DNA of 64,000 nucleotides, from the NCBI RefSeq assembly GCF_006345805.1, contig NC_042999.1:139314001-139378000 (forward strand), read 5' to 3'. The notes below the pieces were generated by a model that worked only from the letters and a program-made list of their open reading frames with translations, was not told where the DNA came from and searched no databases. Positions 1 to 12,934 of this stretch are shown here, in pieces; positions within the stretch are counted from its first letter, which is position 1; each line of letters begins with the position of its first letter. Position numbers and translations under genes: made by a program. This DNA comes from Octopus sinensis (taxonomy: Eukaryota).

Positions 1-294
1 GAGAGAAGTGTACCTTAAACCACTACTCAAAAAAAAAAACACAGCAAACAGAAACAAATAAATACATAACGATTTACTCCTCACACAATTTCTTCAATTA
101 GAGTTTACCTATGATTTTTCAAAGTACTTCCATTCGGTCATGGCATACAAAATTTCTTTCAATTTCACCCCCATTTCAGAAAAAAATTCGAGAAAACTAA
201 ATATTTTACCGTTTCACTCTTTCACTCTGCATATTACTCCCACTTCATCTTTACACACATAGACACGCAAATATATAAATAAAATTGTAAGCTA

Positions 295-405
295 ACGTGT
301 GTGTGTGTGTGTGTGTGCGTGTGTGTGAGTGTGTGTGTGTGTGTGCATGTGTGTGTGAGGGTGCGTGTGTGTCTGTGTGTGTGTGTGCGTCTGTGTGAGT
401 GTGTG
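295..405. repeat. (GT)n compound microsatellite
   Basis: Direct TG/CG-interrupted dinucleotide run. Confidence 0.95.
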
Positions 406-842
406 ACAGGGATGAGCCAATCAGACTGGTCATCCTTTTTGCTAGATCACCTATGGTCTTATATGCTACACCACTGGTTTTCAGTTCATATTAATCAAAT
501 TAATATTCACAAGAAGGACTATTCATAATACATCAGTTCCACACATTTACCCTGGTTCCATTTCGGACAACTGCACAAACATTTGCCATTTCACACATGT
601 ATGTAAACAAATTCCTTTCTTAAAAATTTCAATTCATTTTCTTTTTCAATTCATACAAAGATTTTAGGACGAATATAAGATCTAAAGTATATCCAAGTAG
701 CAGAAAGATCGCCCAAAAGTGTATATAGATATTTAAATGTATTTATATATTCATCTATACACAGATGTATGTATAATGTGTGTGTATATATTTCCATAGA
801 GGCAACCATTCACTCCATACAAAGTTTTTTAGGACGAAAATA

Positions 843-1688
843 TTTATATATAAAAGAAAGGTTGTGTGTCTGTCTACTCCGATTTAGATTCCTAACTACT
901 CCCACATTTTGCGATGCAGTTTAACCAAAACCGGGTATCTTATAGTCGTGATTCATATCGAGCCCTTCTGGGTATTAGCGCGCGTCTACAATGAGTCTAC
1001 GATTTTACAAATAATTTACCATCATTTTTTTCCATTTTAATGCATATTTCTTTAAATAAAGGGAAGTAACTCTCAAACTTCACACCAATATGCGTGCTCA
1101 TATGCGACGTAATATCACATCAGCAGCATTTCCTCACACCCTCCTTGCACTTGGCGAAGGCAAAATACCAGGGGATGAAAATGGTAATATTGCCATCGAT
1201 TCCATTTGTACCATTGTTAAGACGCCTTCTGATCTCAGAGATGCAGTGTTCCCAGATCTACAAGCTAATTATCAGAATATGGATTGGATTGGCAAAAAGG
1301 CTATACTGGCCCCGAGGAATAAAACTGTTCACCATATTAATGATGAAATGCTAAAACTCACTCCTGGGGGAAGTCTATGTATATCAGTCTATCGATACAA
1401 CTCCTGACCCAGAGGACGTCATCAACTATCCAATAGAGGTACTCAATTCCTTTGAGCACCCCGGACTACCACCACACTTTCTCAAACTTAAAGTTGGTGC
1501 CCCTATAATGCTCATCAGAAATTTGGTTCCCCCAAAACAATGCAATGGCACACGTTTGATCGTTAAGTCCTTATCTCCCACCGTAAACTTATATCAATAT
1601 TTGCCTGAATAATCATCATAATTCAGTGCAATCATTAACAGTACTTTCAAGCAATTCAGCCCCGAGCAACGCCGGGCAATTCTGCTAG
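843..1688 (+). mobile_element. Internally deleted Helitron with PIF1-type helicase remnant
   Basis: 5' end is TATATAAAAG..TGTGTGTCTGTC-like. Helicase peptide AILAPRNKTVHHINDEML (1090-1370) continues after a +1 frameshift in a G run as YPIEVLNSFEHPGLPPHFLKLKVGAPIMLIRNL..CNGTRL. 3' hairpin CCCG..CGGG (1661-1676) and terminal CTAG at 1685-1688 followed by T. Confidence 0.9.
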
Positions 1689-2142
1689 TATATATATATA
1701 TATACTTTGTATAATTAGGGTTCAGCAAAATAATTTACTTTACCACACACCGAACTTTTAGAAATAGCAGCCAAAGAATTTAGCTATTTCCTCTACTATA
1801 AGAAGAGTCTCCCAGACAATGTATACTCAAAAATAATTCACGTAGGTATAGAGGGAAAAATAACAAAAGATCACTCGTACATCGATTACCGAGAACGCCG
1901 TTTCTGGGTTAGTTAGATATAGAGATGCTAGAAATACATACCTATATCAACATTCCTGTCATCAGCCCAAGATTTCGTTAAGTTTAAATTTGAGAGCACT
2001 AAAAATCGAACAACCCGTCTGGTTTGAGTAATCCCAGACCAACCACCCTCAACCACCAGTACTAACGAATTCAAAACGTACGAATGAGGCCTTGCATCCT
2101 TCCCCGTCCACCTGCGTGAGTTACAGAGCAACAAATTCCTAC

Positions 2143-2208
<66 letters not shown>

Positions 2209-2209
<1 letters not shown>

Positions 2210-2608
2210 TCTTTTACCCATTTATTTGTTTCAGTCATTTGACTGCGGCCATGCTGGAGCACCCCCTTTAGTCAAGAAAACTCGAGGACTTATTTTTTGT
2301 AAGCTTAGTACTTATTCTATCGGTCACTTTTTGCCGAACCACTAAGTTACGGGCACGTAAACACACCGGCATCGGTTGTCAAGCTTTGTAAGTGGGTGGT
2401 TGGGTGAGGGGACAAACACAGACACACAAACATATACATACACATACATATATACGACGGGCTTCTTTCAGTTTCCGTCTACCAAAACCACTCACAATGC
2501 TTTGGTCGGCCCGAAGCTATAGTAGAAGACACTTGCCCAATGTAACACGCAGCGGGACTGAACCCGGAACTATGTGGTTGGTACAAGCTACTTACCACAC
2601 AGCCTATT
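2209..2608 (-). mobile_element. tRNA-derived SINE family B with internal microsatellite
   Basis: Reverse complement matches copies at 28250, 46116 and 54216: head TGTGTGGTAAGTAGC..GGTTCAGTCCC, internal (TA)/(TG) tract, tail GAAACAAGTAAAAGAG. Confidence 0.9.
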
Positions 2609-4952
2609 TAAATGTGTGTGCGCACGCGCGTGTGTGTGTGTGCAGGATAAACAAAGATACCAAAGTTTAAAATATCGCGCACCACCAGCACCAAAACGAA
2701 AATATACAATTGTAACGCGCACTATTTCCAATAATAAGCCCTATTTAAGTGCAGTCGTAAGGGCTGCAACTGACCAACAATCATTTTTGTGCATTCCCCA
2801 AAAGATTGTGTACATCAATTTCAGAGTTGAAGCCATCCCACCAACACACAAGACCACCACAGCCAGTGGATCCAGAGTGCTACCACTGACATCAGCATAG
2901 ATGTCACATCAATAATCTTAGTAAACATTATACGACTGTTACAACTTTAGTAACGGAACTAAAGTTCCCTTCTTGAGAGATCTTGTTGCATGCAATTAAG
3001 CTTTATGCGTAGCATTCACCGAATCTCATCTAAAACTCGATATTGCAGATGCAGAAATATACATACCAAAATATTTTGTATTGTGAACCGACAGAAAAGA
3101 CAGAGGTTACGGTGGAATTTCAATGTACATATAGATACATGCATACATGTATATGTGCCTATGTATGCGTATATATGTGTGTGTGTATTTATATATGTAT
3201 GTGTGTGTGTGTAACTTACGATGAATACACAGTGGAGTACTTCGTGTTCGGACGGTTCTCTGAGCGAACAAATTGAATAACAATAAATTTTTCTCAAGAA
3301 AATTAACCCCGCTTAACGAGCTGCAGTTTGATCAACGATCAACGAGTAGAGTATGTTATCGTATAAGCGACTGAGAGCCAATTTACTCTCCTGACTAAAA
3401 TTATAACAACGAACCACAAGTGGTTCTCGCAAGCGTATAATTGCTGTGAGCGCTTATACAAACCGTTCGCTAAATGAACAAATTATATAGCGAATTGTTT
3501 TTCTGAAGAAAATTATATTCATTCAAAGAGTTGAAATTTGTTCCTGGAATTTATGCAATCGTTGGAAGCTTTCAAGTTCTTTAAGAGACGTATTTTTTCA
3601 AGCGAACATATTGGACATTTTTCGGAACCGTTAATATGAAGTCTGGTTTCGGAAAGGATTTTCTATTTGATATCGTAGTTTCAAAATTAAACCCAAAAGG
3701 GTAGTTATCATGGTGCCTAAAAGTCGAAATATGGTTGTTATATCTGGATGTAAATATATGAATGTAACTGTGTGTGCTCATAAAACAATTTGCTCAACAC
3801 TCCCCACTCTCGCCTTTCTCTCAAAACACGGATACACCCCCTACACGTGTAGGCAAACACCCGCCTTTCCCCACTTCTTAAGTCGCCCATAGAATTGTAT
3901 TCTTATCTGTCCGCTAGCTTTCTTCCTTTTCTCTCCTTAAACCATTTTTCTTTTTTACACTCCTACTTCACTTTCCTTCTATAGTTTTTGTTCTGATAAA
4001 GAACTTGCGACTGAATCGTTAAGATACTTTTCATCTGTTTTAAAGCGTTAAACAAATAAATTATTTTTTAAAACATCTCCAATTTGTGTTGTCACTTTTT
4101 TTTTCTTTGCTCATTGTTTTCACAACACACACATACATACTCACACATACATATTTGCTTCCATAAGATAAGGTGTGCGAATTTCACATGAAATAGTATA
4201 GAATAGATATTTCCTTGATAAAGTATCCCAGCTGTCTCATAAATATAGAGTTGTTGAAAGCAGATGCGTAAATCAGACATTTACTTCAACTTATTTGTTT
4301 AATTTTCATCGATCAGTTTGTAAACCTGAAAAACAATGCCTTTGTGAAGTCATTCAAGCAAAACTTTGCTGTATAACTGCTTATTGATCCAGTAAAAATG
4401 ACGATTAGGATGTAAACCAGCAATCTTCAAAATGTATTCATTCGACTTTTGTACTCCTCGGACTTTTCAAACCCCTTAAATTTATGTCCCTAATTCAATT
4501 TCTCTACCACATCATATTCAGTGATTCGTTCACTTTTCTTTCAGTGAACTATGTTGCCCAGTAGCATAACAAAAAATGTTCCGTTAAAATTAGCGCATTT
4601 CTTTCTTTTTTAAACCTATATATTTGAGAGTGCAGTGCCATAAAATGCTCAGATAAAATGTCCTATACAGTTTCACATTATGTGAGAACAGAATTGTTTA
4701 TTTACGGAAATTAATAAACGAAATTTAGTCTGCAAACATGGGATATATTCTTTGTAGACCTACACATATGGTTGACTGCAAGCGTGATATTCCTGTAGGT
4801 TTTTCGTTCATTTATGTTTCCAAACAAAACAATACACAACAGTTATTCATTGCACATGGTAATTAAAATAAAGCAGTATTCTTTTATATTAGGAATTTGT
4901 GAAACATTGAACCAGTTTCGTATAGATAAATTTCAAGCTCAGCTACTTTTTT

Positions 4953-5168
4953 ATTCTTTTACTTGTCTCAGTCATTTGACTGCGGCCATGCTGGAGCACC
5001 ACCTTTAGTCAAACAAATCGACCCCAGAACTTATTCTTTGTAAGCCTAGTACTTATTCTATCGGTCTCTTTTGCCGAACCGCTAAGATACGGGGACGTAA
5101 ACATACCAGCATCGGTTGTCAAGCGATGTTAAGAGGACAAACACAGATACGCAAACACACACACACAC

Positions 5169-5199
<31 letters not shown>

Positions 5200-5207
5200 T
5201 ACATATA

Positions 5208-5245
<38 letters not shown>

Positions 5246-5403
5246 GACGGGCTTCTTTCAGTTTCTGTCTACCAAATCCACTCACAAGGCTTTGATAGGC
5301 CCGAGGCTATAGTAGACGACACTTGCCCAAGGTGCCATGCAGTGGGACTGAACCCAGAACCATGTGGCTGCTAAGCAAGCTACTTACCACACCGCCACTC
5401 CTG
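4953..5403 (-). mobile_element. SINE family B
   Basis: Same architecture as 2209-2608, with an expanded CA/TA tract at 5150-5245. Confidence 0.9.
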
Positions 5404-5819
5404 CGACCCATACAGTTGTATATTTTACAAGAATACGTAAACTTCAAAATGGTGATATTTATAAAAATATATGAATGATAAATCAACGGAATATCTTTAA
5501 AAAGAAATACCTAAAAAAGAAATGTTCACTTTCATTATCAATAATAATTATTCATATGATTACAATTTTCATCTAGCTTTATTACATGAGTCTTAGTGTT
5601 TCAAAATCTTCGAAGAAAAATATTTAAAGGTTGAGTGCTGTCAGATAAGTAATCGTATAATCTAATCTCTACTTAATTTTAAGGGAATTCTTATTGATAC
5701 AGTATTACAGTAACTAAAAATGTTGAAATTATTATCTTAATTTCCTTTTCAACAGAATAATTTTCCCTAAATAGTTCACAGAAACATCTATATGTATTAT
5801 TTCAGAAATAATACCCAGC

Positions 5820-6410
5820 AGGAGAGCCTGCTAGAAACCTATATGAATACAAGAATGACTTATGTTTAGAAATTGAAGTTGAAGGATTATAAAACTACTT
5901 ATACAAGTACGTGGGAGTGAGCGAAAATTATATTATACATTAATGAAGGTGAAGATTAGCAAACAGTATAAGAATCAATGTAATATCAAAAACTAAGCTT
6001 CAATAAAATAAAAAGTAAGGAACCCAGAACAGAAAAGTACTTGATGGCTTCGAAAACCAACATGCTAAAGCTGAAATAGTACCACTTACATAGGAGAAAA
6101 GGAAACTAACGAGGAAGCCTATATGTGCTCTCTTGACCTACAAGAAATACGAGTAATTCGAGAACGAAATAGAGTGTACTGTGATATCGAATACAGAAAG
6201 AACAAGTTTCACGGGACGTAACATGTCACAAGGCTCATAGATAACAAGTGGACCCAGACTGTTGTTGAATGGTATCAAGGAAATAAGAAGAGACTACTCG
6301 AAAGACCTCCAAGGCAACAGGAAAACGACATAGTCGGAACATTTACACCCAAATGGAAGAGAAGGACAACAGTGAGGGGAAAATGGAAGCATATTATGAC
6401 GAGTAATGTA
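5820..6410 (+). mobile_element. RTE-clade LINE 3' relic
   Basis: Translates HVTRLIDNKWTQTVVEWY..KKR..RPPR..DI..W.R...RGKW, typical of the RTE ORF C-terminus; degenerate upstream. Confidence 0.65.
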
Positions 6411-6512
6411 TAAGGACATCTATAGTCTGGTTAATAAACAGATATTGGGGAATTCTTTTTTGACACTGGTTCCCGAAGTAGAACCCAATATTTTCATACT
6501 ATTATTTATAAT

Positions 6513-6658
6513 GTGCAAGGTAGTGAGCTTGCAAATCGTTAACAAACTCGGACGAAATGCTTAGCGGCATATCATCCGTCTTTACGTTCTGAGTTCGAAT
6601 TCTGCCGGGGTCGACTTTGCCTTTCATCCTTTCGGGGTCGATAAATAAGTACCAGTTG
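6513..6658 (+). mobile_element. SINE family A (partial)
   Basis: Core GAGTTCGAATTC..GTCGACTTTGCCTTTCATCCTTTCGGGGTCGATAAATAAGTACCAG, shared with many copies in the window. Confidence 0.8.
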
Positions 6659-7679
6659 TGCATACAACTCTTCACAACTTCTACACAAATAATAAACTTG
6701 TTTTCCTTCTAAATAATGCTGCAATAATCTGACAAAAAACCCAAAGAGAATGTTATATGAAGCAAAAAACTTCCATATTTAGTGCCATAATCTTTCCCTT
6801 AATGACTTTTTGTGGTCACACCTTATCGTGTAAGAGCAACTTTCCTTTACGACTTATTATGGGCGCTTTTCTGCGAATTTCTGTGCAATGTTCCCATTTG
6901 ACAATAATACTATATTAAGTATTTTCTTTTGACTGTATAGTTTAACACTTTATGATCGACGACAGCTTTTATATCCCTACAAACACTGAGTATAACTTTT
7001 TTCGGGTGTAGTCCTGGTTTAGGGATTGATTGGCCTTTTCATTGGGCGCTGACCAGCGCCATATTTGTTGGATGTGATTATAGAGAAACCACTCTTCATG
7101 ATATATGATGGTTCTACCTAGGAAAGGCTTCGTTGCAGGTCTTCTTTTCAATAACGGGCAGAGGCAAACTTGGATTACCTGACCAAGTTTTCGCAGATTT
7201 CCTACTTTCATGAGGGTGTTTTATGTTCGAAATGTGACTTAAATTGGAGAATTCTGTTAATTCTCGTTCAGTGTGCTTTGAATTTTCTTCAATTACGGTT
7301 TTTCTGATGCTCAGCATTGACAGAACTTGGTCTTTCAGGTCGAAGAGAGTCCGCGAGAGAAAATTTTCCCTGGTGAATCTTGTCAAATAAGCGATGGCGT
7401 ATCCTGACACTTAAAGCTTCTTCTCTATAGAGAGAACAAATATTTTTTGCCACTTACTCTTTTGAATTCATAGAGTAAACAGTGTCTGAGATGGGTTTGA
7501 TCTAAACTAATTTTAAAAGAGTAAAATTAATGCAAATTTAACCGCTCTGGTATAAAGTAATCTACAGCAAAGAGGGAAAACAAATAACAGAATGTAAAAA
7601 TCAATGCGTATTTTACCGTAAATATTGAAAAGGTCAAAATGCGACAAGACTTTCTTCACAACCTAATCTTTTACTATTT

Positions 7680-8205
7680 ACCTTTTGCTTGTTTCGGTCA
7701 TAAGACTGCAGTCATACTTGGGTACCGCCTTGAGCAAATCGACCCCAGTACTTACTTTTGTTGATTTTTTTTACTATGTGCATATGTTATCGGTGGCTTT
7801 TGCCGAACCGCTAAGCTACGGGGGCATAAAGAAATCAAAACCAGTTGTCAAGCGGTTGTAGGTGACAAACACAGGCATAAAGACACGTGCGCGTGGTAGC
7901 ACACACACACACATGTACCTATATATATACGCGCGCGCGCGTACACACACACACATTACATGTACGTATATATGTACATACGCGCGCGCGCGCGCGCACA
8001 CACACACACACACACGCACACTCATTCTCAGCATCTCCCAACATATTAGGAAACAATAAACTTCTTCAGAGTTTCCGTCAGCTAAATTCATTAATATGGC
8101 GTTGGTCGGCCCAAGATTACAGTATAGTCCATGTCACTGGCCCAAGGTGCCGTACGGTGAGACTAAACCCGAAACCACGTAGTTGTACAGCAAGCTTCTT
8201 AACAA
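7680..8205 (-). mobile_element. SINE family B (diverged copy)
   Basis: Recognisable tail, core and head with more substitutions; CG/CA microsatellite at 7900-8020. Confidence 0.75.
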
Positions 8206-8304
8206 TTCATCCAAATTTAGTCCAAATTAAATTACCTTAAATTTAGAAATATAGATAAAAACAGTATGGAGTGAATTTAAAGAGGTGAGTGTGAGAAATA
8301 TCTA

Positions 8305-8440
8305 TTTATTACATTATTTACAATTGACGGATATTCGTTTCGGCTGATATACCCTCCAGCCTTCATCTGGTGTCTTGGGGAAAAGTCAAACCTGGGTTCT
8401 CATTTCTAAGGTATTTTCAAAGTTGTTGTTGTTGTTGTTG

Positions 8441-8472
<32 letters not shown>

Positions 8473-9300
8473 CAGGTCACCTCTTGGAATTTTGGGGTTA
8501 GTAGCCCGCGCTCTTAACCATTACGCTATATGCCCGTGGGCAATAATGGAGTGAATTTTAGGGCTTATCTGCACACGGTTTGCTTAAGACGTTGTTGTGT
8601 CCTAGAATATGTGCTGCTTCTTTTAGTTTTCGTAATTTCCAGTGGTGTTCTCTGTTTATTATTTTAACTTCATCCTACAGGAGGAGGTGGTCTCCATTTT
8701 TCCATACATGACCAGCTATACTCAATTTATGAATATCTCCCCGTGTCACAGCTTTGCGATGTTCTTCTACCCTTATTTTGAGGGGACGGCATGTTTCGCC
8801 TTTGTATAACCTACCACAGCTGCATGGGATGGTGTACACTCAGTTCTTGGTCATATTCTCTTCTATTAATGGTTTTAAAATAATAGACAGAGAACACCAA
8901 TTGGAAAATACGAAAAACTAAAAGAAGCAGCACATATGTTAGGACACAACAACGTCCTAAGCAGTCCGAGTGCAGTTATGAACAGCATATGGGAACCGAT
9001 ATTAAGGAAGGATAGGAGAATATTAGATTTATAAGCCCTAAAATTCACTTCATTATTGCCCACGGGCATATGGCGTAATGGTTAAGAGCGCGGGCTACTG
9101 ATCCCAAGATTATTAATAATAATAACCACGAAAAATACCCTAGGAATGAGAACCCAGGTTCGAAATTTCCCCAAGACACCTGATGAAGGCTGGACGGTAT
9201 ATCAGCCGAAACGTTGTGTTAACAACAAACAAAATGAGGACAAATATCTGTCAATTGTAAATAATATACATAATTCCTCATCTCTTAAATATAGAACTGT
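8305..9300. mobile_element. Penelope-like element remnant with inverted pseudo-LTRs and GIY-YIG endonuclease fragment
   Basis: Minus strand of about 8570-8870 reads VYTIPCSCGRLYKGETCRPLKIRVEEHRKAV..HVWK..DEVKIINREHHWKLRKLKEAAH (stops present). 8311-8668 and 8876-9268 are inverted copies. The right arm carries an extra tail of about 32 nt ending TATAGAACTG. Confidence 0.9.
9175..9220 (+). ncRNA. Minimal type I hammerhead ribozyme (Penelope-associated, dimer type)
   Basis: Stem I GACAC/GTGTT; core CTGATGA (9180-9186) plus one extra A; stem II GGCTG/CAGCC; GAAA (9208-9211); palindromic AACGTT stem III; predicted GUU cleavage after 9215. Confidence 0.75.
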
Positions 9301-9366
9301 ATTATTTATTTATTAGTTCACCAAACTGAAATTGTTTCAATATATATATATATATATTCAAATTTT

Positions 9367-9406
<40 letters not shown>

Positions 9407-11814
9407 CGGGGAAATTCTCTTACACATTTTTTATCAGTGATATTCTGCTTCATCAAGATTAACGCAACACTTAACGTAAAATAGCATCATTTTATCACCG
9501 GACTAGGCATGAAATCCGACCAACGGTTGAACTCTGCTCATAGCCAGCAACAACAAACAATTTTGTATTTCTAGTTCTTGATTCAGAATAACATTTATTT
9601 CGTTTTAGCTGTTAATATAATATTGCTATACTTTGGCTTCGACACATCGGTTTCTTTTCCTTTTTTGCTCCCCGATAACAAAGTAACATCGTTTCTTTCC
9701 TTTGTTTTTTCTCTGGGCATTGAGGTAATTAGTGATAAGTATAAACCAGAGTGTAAGAATTAAAATTTTCCTAAAATCAAGTGAACCATATGTTTTGTAC
9801 ATAAATGTTGTTACAAACATATTTATCATTAGAATAGCTTCATAGATGATTATATGTATACCATAAGTGAATTTAACTAAAAGTTATGCTCTTCGAAATT
9901 GTTTCAGATCGGCATAAAATATTGTATTACAAGATGAAAATGAAATGAGGAAAATATGCTTTGATACACGTTTAAATATTGGTGTCAATTTTAAATAGCT
10001 ACAGCTCGGAATAGAAATTGAGCGAAGCTTTTCCCGTAAATCTAGCCTCTTGTTCCATGCCTCAGTTTGAAGCAGAAAGGAAGAAGGAAAAATGCAAGTT
10101 AGAAGAAAAATTTAAGTTAAAGAAATAGTATTTGAACACGGATAAACAGGAATTTGTAAAAAATTTATGATGATGATGAAGAACGACAGAACGATGTTAA
10201 CTGTTTCTTAAGCTGACACGAAGCCACAAATGTTGCAAAGCATGAGTGTGCTATATAATTGATCGTATTCCATGATTAGTACTGTATTATTATCAACAAA
10301 AGAAAATAGGAACAATATGTGGGAAATCTGAAGTGACTTCCAGTCGTTGTTAACATTTCCTATCGATCTAAATTGATTATATCCCCTAGAAACCAAGCCT
10401 AATATTTCTTAGTAGGATATTTTATTGGTAGTCTATCGAGTTATTCAGTGATGAATACAATTCGTGAATTTAGCGAAAAAGATCTAGAGGATACTCCGGT
10501 AGCGAATAAAGATCGTCTGAGCAATCGTTTCTGAAGCACTTTTAACTAGAAGATTACGTAGAACTTTAAAAAATTGTTGGTTGACAAGTGCTAACGGTGT
10601 GTTAGATTAGCAATATGAGATGAACTTTACAGACACAGCAATGCTGTATGTCAGCTGGTTCTGTCCGAGATACGCGGAGTTGCATGTTGAAACTGGCTTT
10701 AAATGTGTGTTGGACGGACAGAGCTTTCAATCTTGTCTATTATAATCGCCCTCACCGCCAACCTTTGAAAGAGAAGACCGTTATTTTGTCAGATGTTTAT
10801 ATCAGTGTGTTCGACAAGATTCAGGGGATTGAGGACATGGCATTTTCCATCAGTAAATCTTCCCTCAACTTCAACAAATATCTCTCTCTAAAAGAAAAAA
10901 AAGAAAAACGGGAGCATAGTGCAGATTAATGCTTACCAGTAAATTTGCTGAAAGTTTGTTTGTTTCTGAATTGTTTGTATGATTTGATTTAATAGTCAAC
11001 TCTGAGAATACGTTTCGAGACCGGAGACTGTAACTCAACTGGGAGTGGGCTCATACGTTTAGCGCTTACTTTTTCTGATCACTCTAACAAAAGTATTAAA
11101 TCCTATATATGATATTAGGCTTCTTAAACTTTTTTTAAAAAGGTACTAATGTGAGTCACATGAACAAATTATATTTAGCCTATATCAATATAATACTCAA
11201 ATAGGATTGATGTGCTGAACATAGTTCGTGCTCAGGCTGCATATTTGCTTGCTCCCACTCAGATGTAACGAATTGGAGTCCACTACATGGTGACCCATTA
11301 GCATTGTATCAGTGTACCGTAGTGAAGTTAGTTCGATTAGCTACCTCTGTCTGAAGATCTCCATCAAATATTAACTTTTAAATAAGAGGGTCCAAAATAT
11401 CTGAAACAAGAACACAATTCTTGAGAGGAACTTTTGGACATCTTTCCCCTTTATTAAAAGTTTTATTCAAAGGCATCGGCCAAACCAAGTCTATGGTAGA
11501 AAATACTTGTTCAAAGTGCTGCTCAGTGAAGCTAAGCACAGAAACTCATGTTTGTGAACTGAACTGTTTCACTACACATGCTTTGAACCCAATATAAAAC
11601 ATTTATATAAATGTTTTATATTGGGCTTAAACTTTCAGTTATCTGACTTGGTATAAATAACTTATCTGTCGTGGTAGCAACAATATGCAGTGTGTTAACG
11701 ATAAAAATATTTAAAATTTTTTAATTTCAACAGAATTTGTATTCTTTTCATCGACATCAACTCAAACAAATATTCACACTGTAGACACACGTACAAATAT
11801 AAGCTTATCGTTTA

Positions 11815-12334
11815 CAAATAATTAGGAAAGACTAGCACAAGACCACAAAATATCTGAACCATTTCGTTGCACAATACGTCTCCATCTTTCCTTTACCTTG
11901 AAAATACCCTCTTCCTAGAATTGGGGTGGTTTCAAGGCAAAGAATTTGTCAAGGTATCTTTTTACGTCATCTAATGAATTGAAATTTTTACCATTAAGAC
12001 TTTTCTGCAGAGACCTGAATAAGTGGAAAACCGAAGGAGCAATATCTGGGAAATAGGGAGGGTGGGGTAACACATCCCAGCCGTGTTGCAGCAATTTTTG
12101 TCTGGTTCCCAAAGCATCAAGTGCCGAAAATGAACTTTCTCATCTTTTATTTTAAAGGGTTACAGAATTAACACAGGTTATAGGAACGTAAACCTTCTTC
12201 CACGAAAAGATAGCTTAAATTGTGCTCTAAATGGAGGTGTAGTCAAATCCTATTTTATGGACTCAAACATGTTCTAAAATAAGTCGAAGGATAAGCTACT
12301 ATAAATCGGCACGAACTTTCCGGACAACCCAATA
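11815..12334 (-). mobile_element. mariner deletion derivative
   Basis: GWDVLPHPPYFPDIAPSVFHLFRSLQKSL (YSPDLAPSD motif region). One TIR, TATTGGGTTGTCCGGAAAGTTCGTGCCGATTT, at 12303-12334. Confidence 0.85.
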
Positions 12335-12556
12335 TTTCTATATTTTTATCATGAAACTCTTAACATGAACATGTGTATATTCGTATGGAATAATACCTCG
12401 TGTGCTACATCTGAATTTTCTTGTCTGAATGTTTTAAGACAAATATCCGAATTTTTTATCGTATATCACATTTTATTAATACTTAGCTCATATACGGAGA
12501 CAAAAATGTTGTACTATATATTGCATGTTATCTCCATTAAATTTCTCGTATTATAT

Positions 12557-12751
12557 ATGCTTAGCGGTATTTCGTCTGCCGCTACGTTCTGAGTTCAAAT
12601 TCCGCCGAGGTCGACTTTGCCTTTCATCCTTTCGGGGGTCGATAAATTAAGTACCAGTTACGCACTGGGGTCGATGTAATCGACTTAATCCGTTTGTCTG
12701 TCCTTGTTTGTCCCCTCTATGTTTAGCCCCTTGTGGGCAGTGAAGAAATAT
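12557..12751 (+). mobile_element. SINE family A (5'-truncated)
   Basis: Near-consensus core and tail ..CCCCTTGTGGGCAGTGAAGAAATA. Confidence 0.9.
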
Positions 12752-12934
12752 ATATTAATTTAGCATTAGAATTTTTCAAGTTGTATAAAAATTGTTTGCA
12801 TCATTCGAAAGTGAAATAAATTTTGAATAAGGTGTAAAAGATATAAATAATTTGTATGGTGTTAGTAACAAAATATTTTGTAAGAAATAGAACTTTTATC
12901 GTCGGTCTTAAATATATTTTCGCCGGTGTATATA

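Noticed and set aside
251-528. His/Thr- and Cys/Val-rich ORFs (also at 5126, 7862, 23088, 61137-61960 and 63612)
   Set aside because: They are translations of CA/TG/TACA microsatellites.
3227-3520. Possible pogo/Tigger MITE starting TA|CAGTGGAG
   Set aside because: No matching right TIR was found.
3985-4030. Possible hammerhead relic CTGATAA..GAATCGTT
   Set aside because: Two core positions are wrong and the stems do not pair; too degenerate to support.
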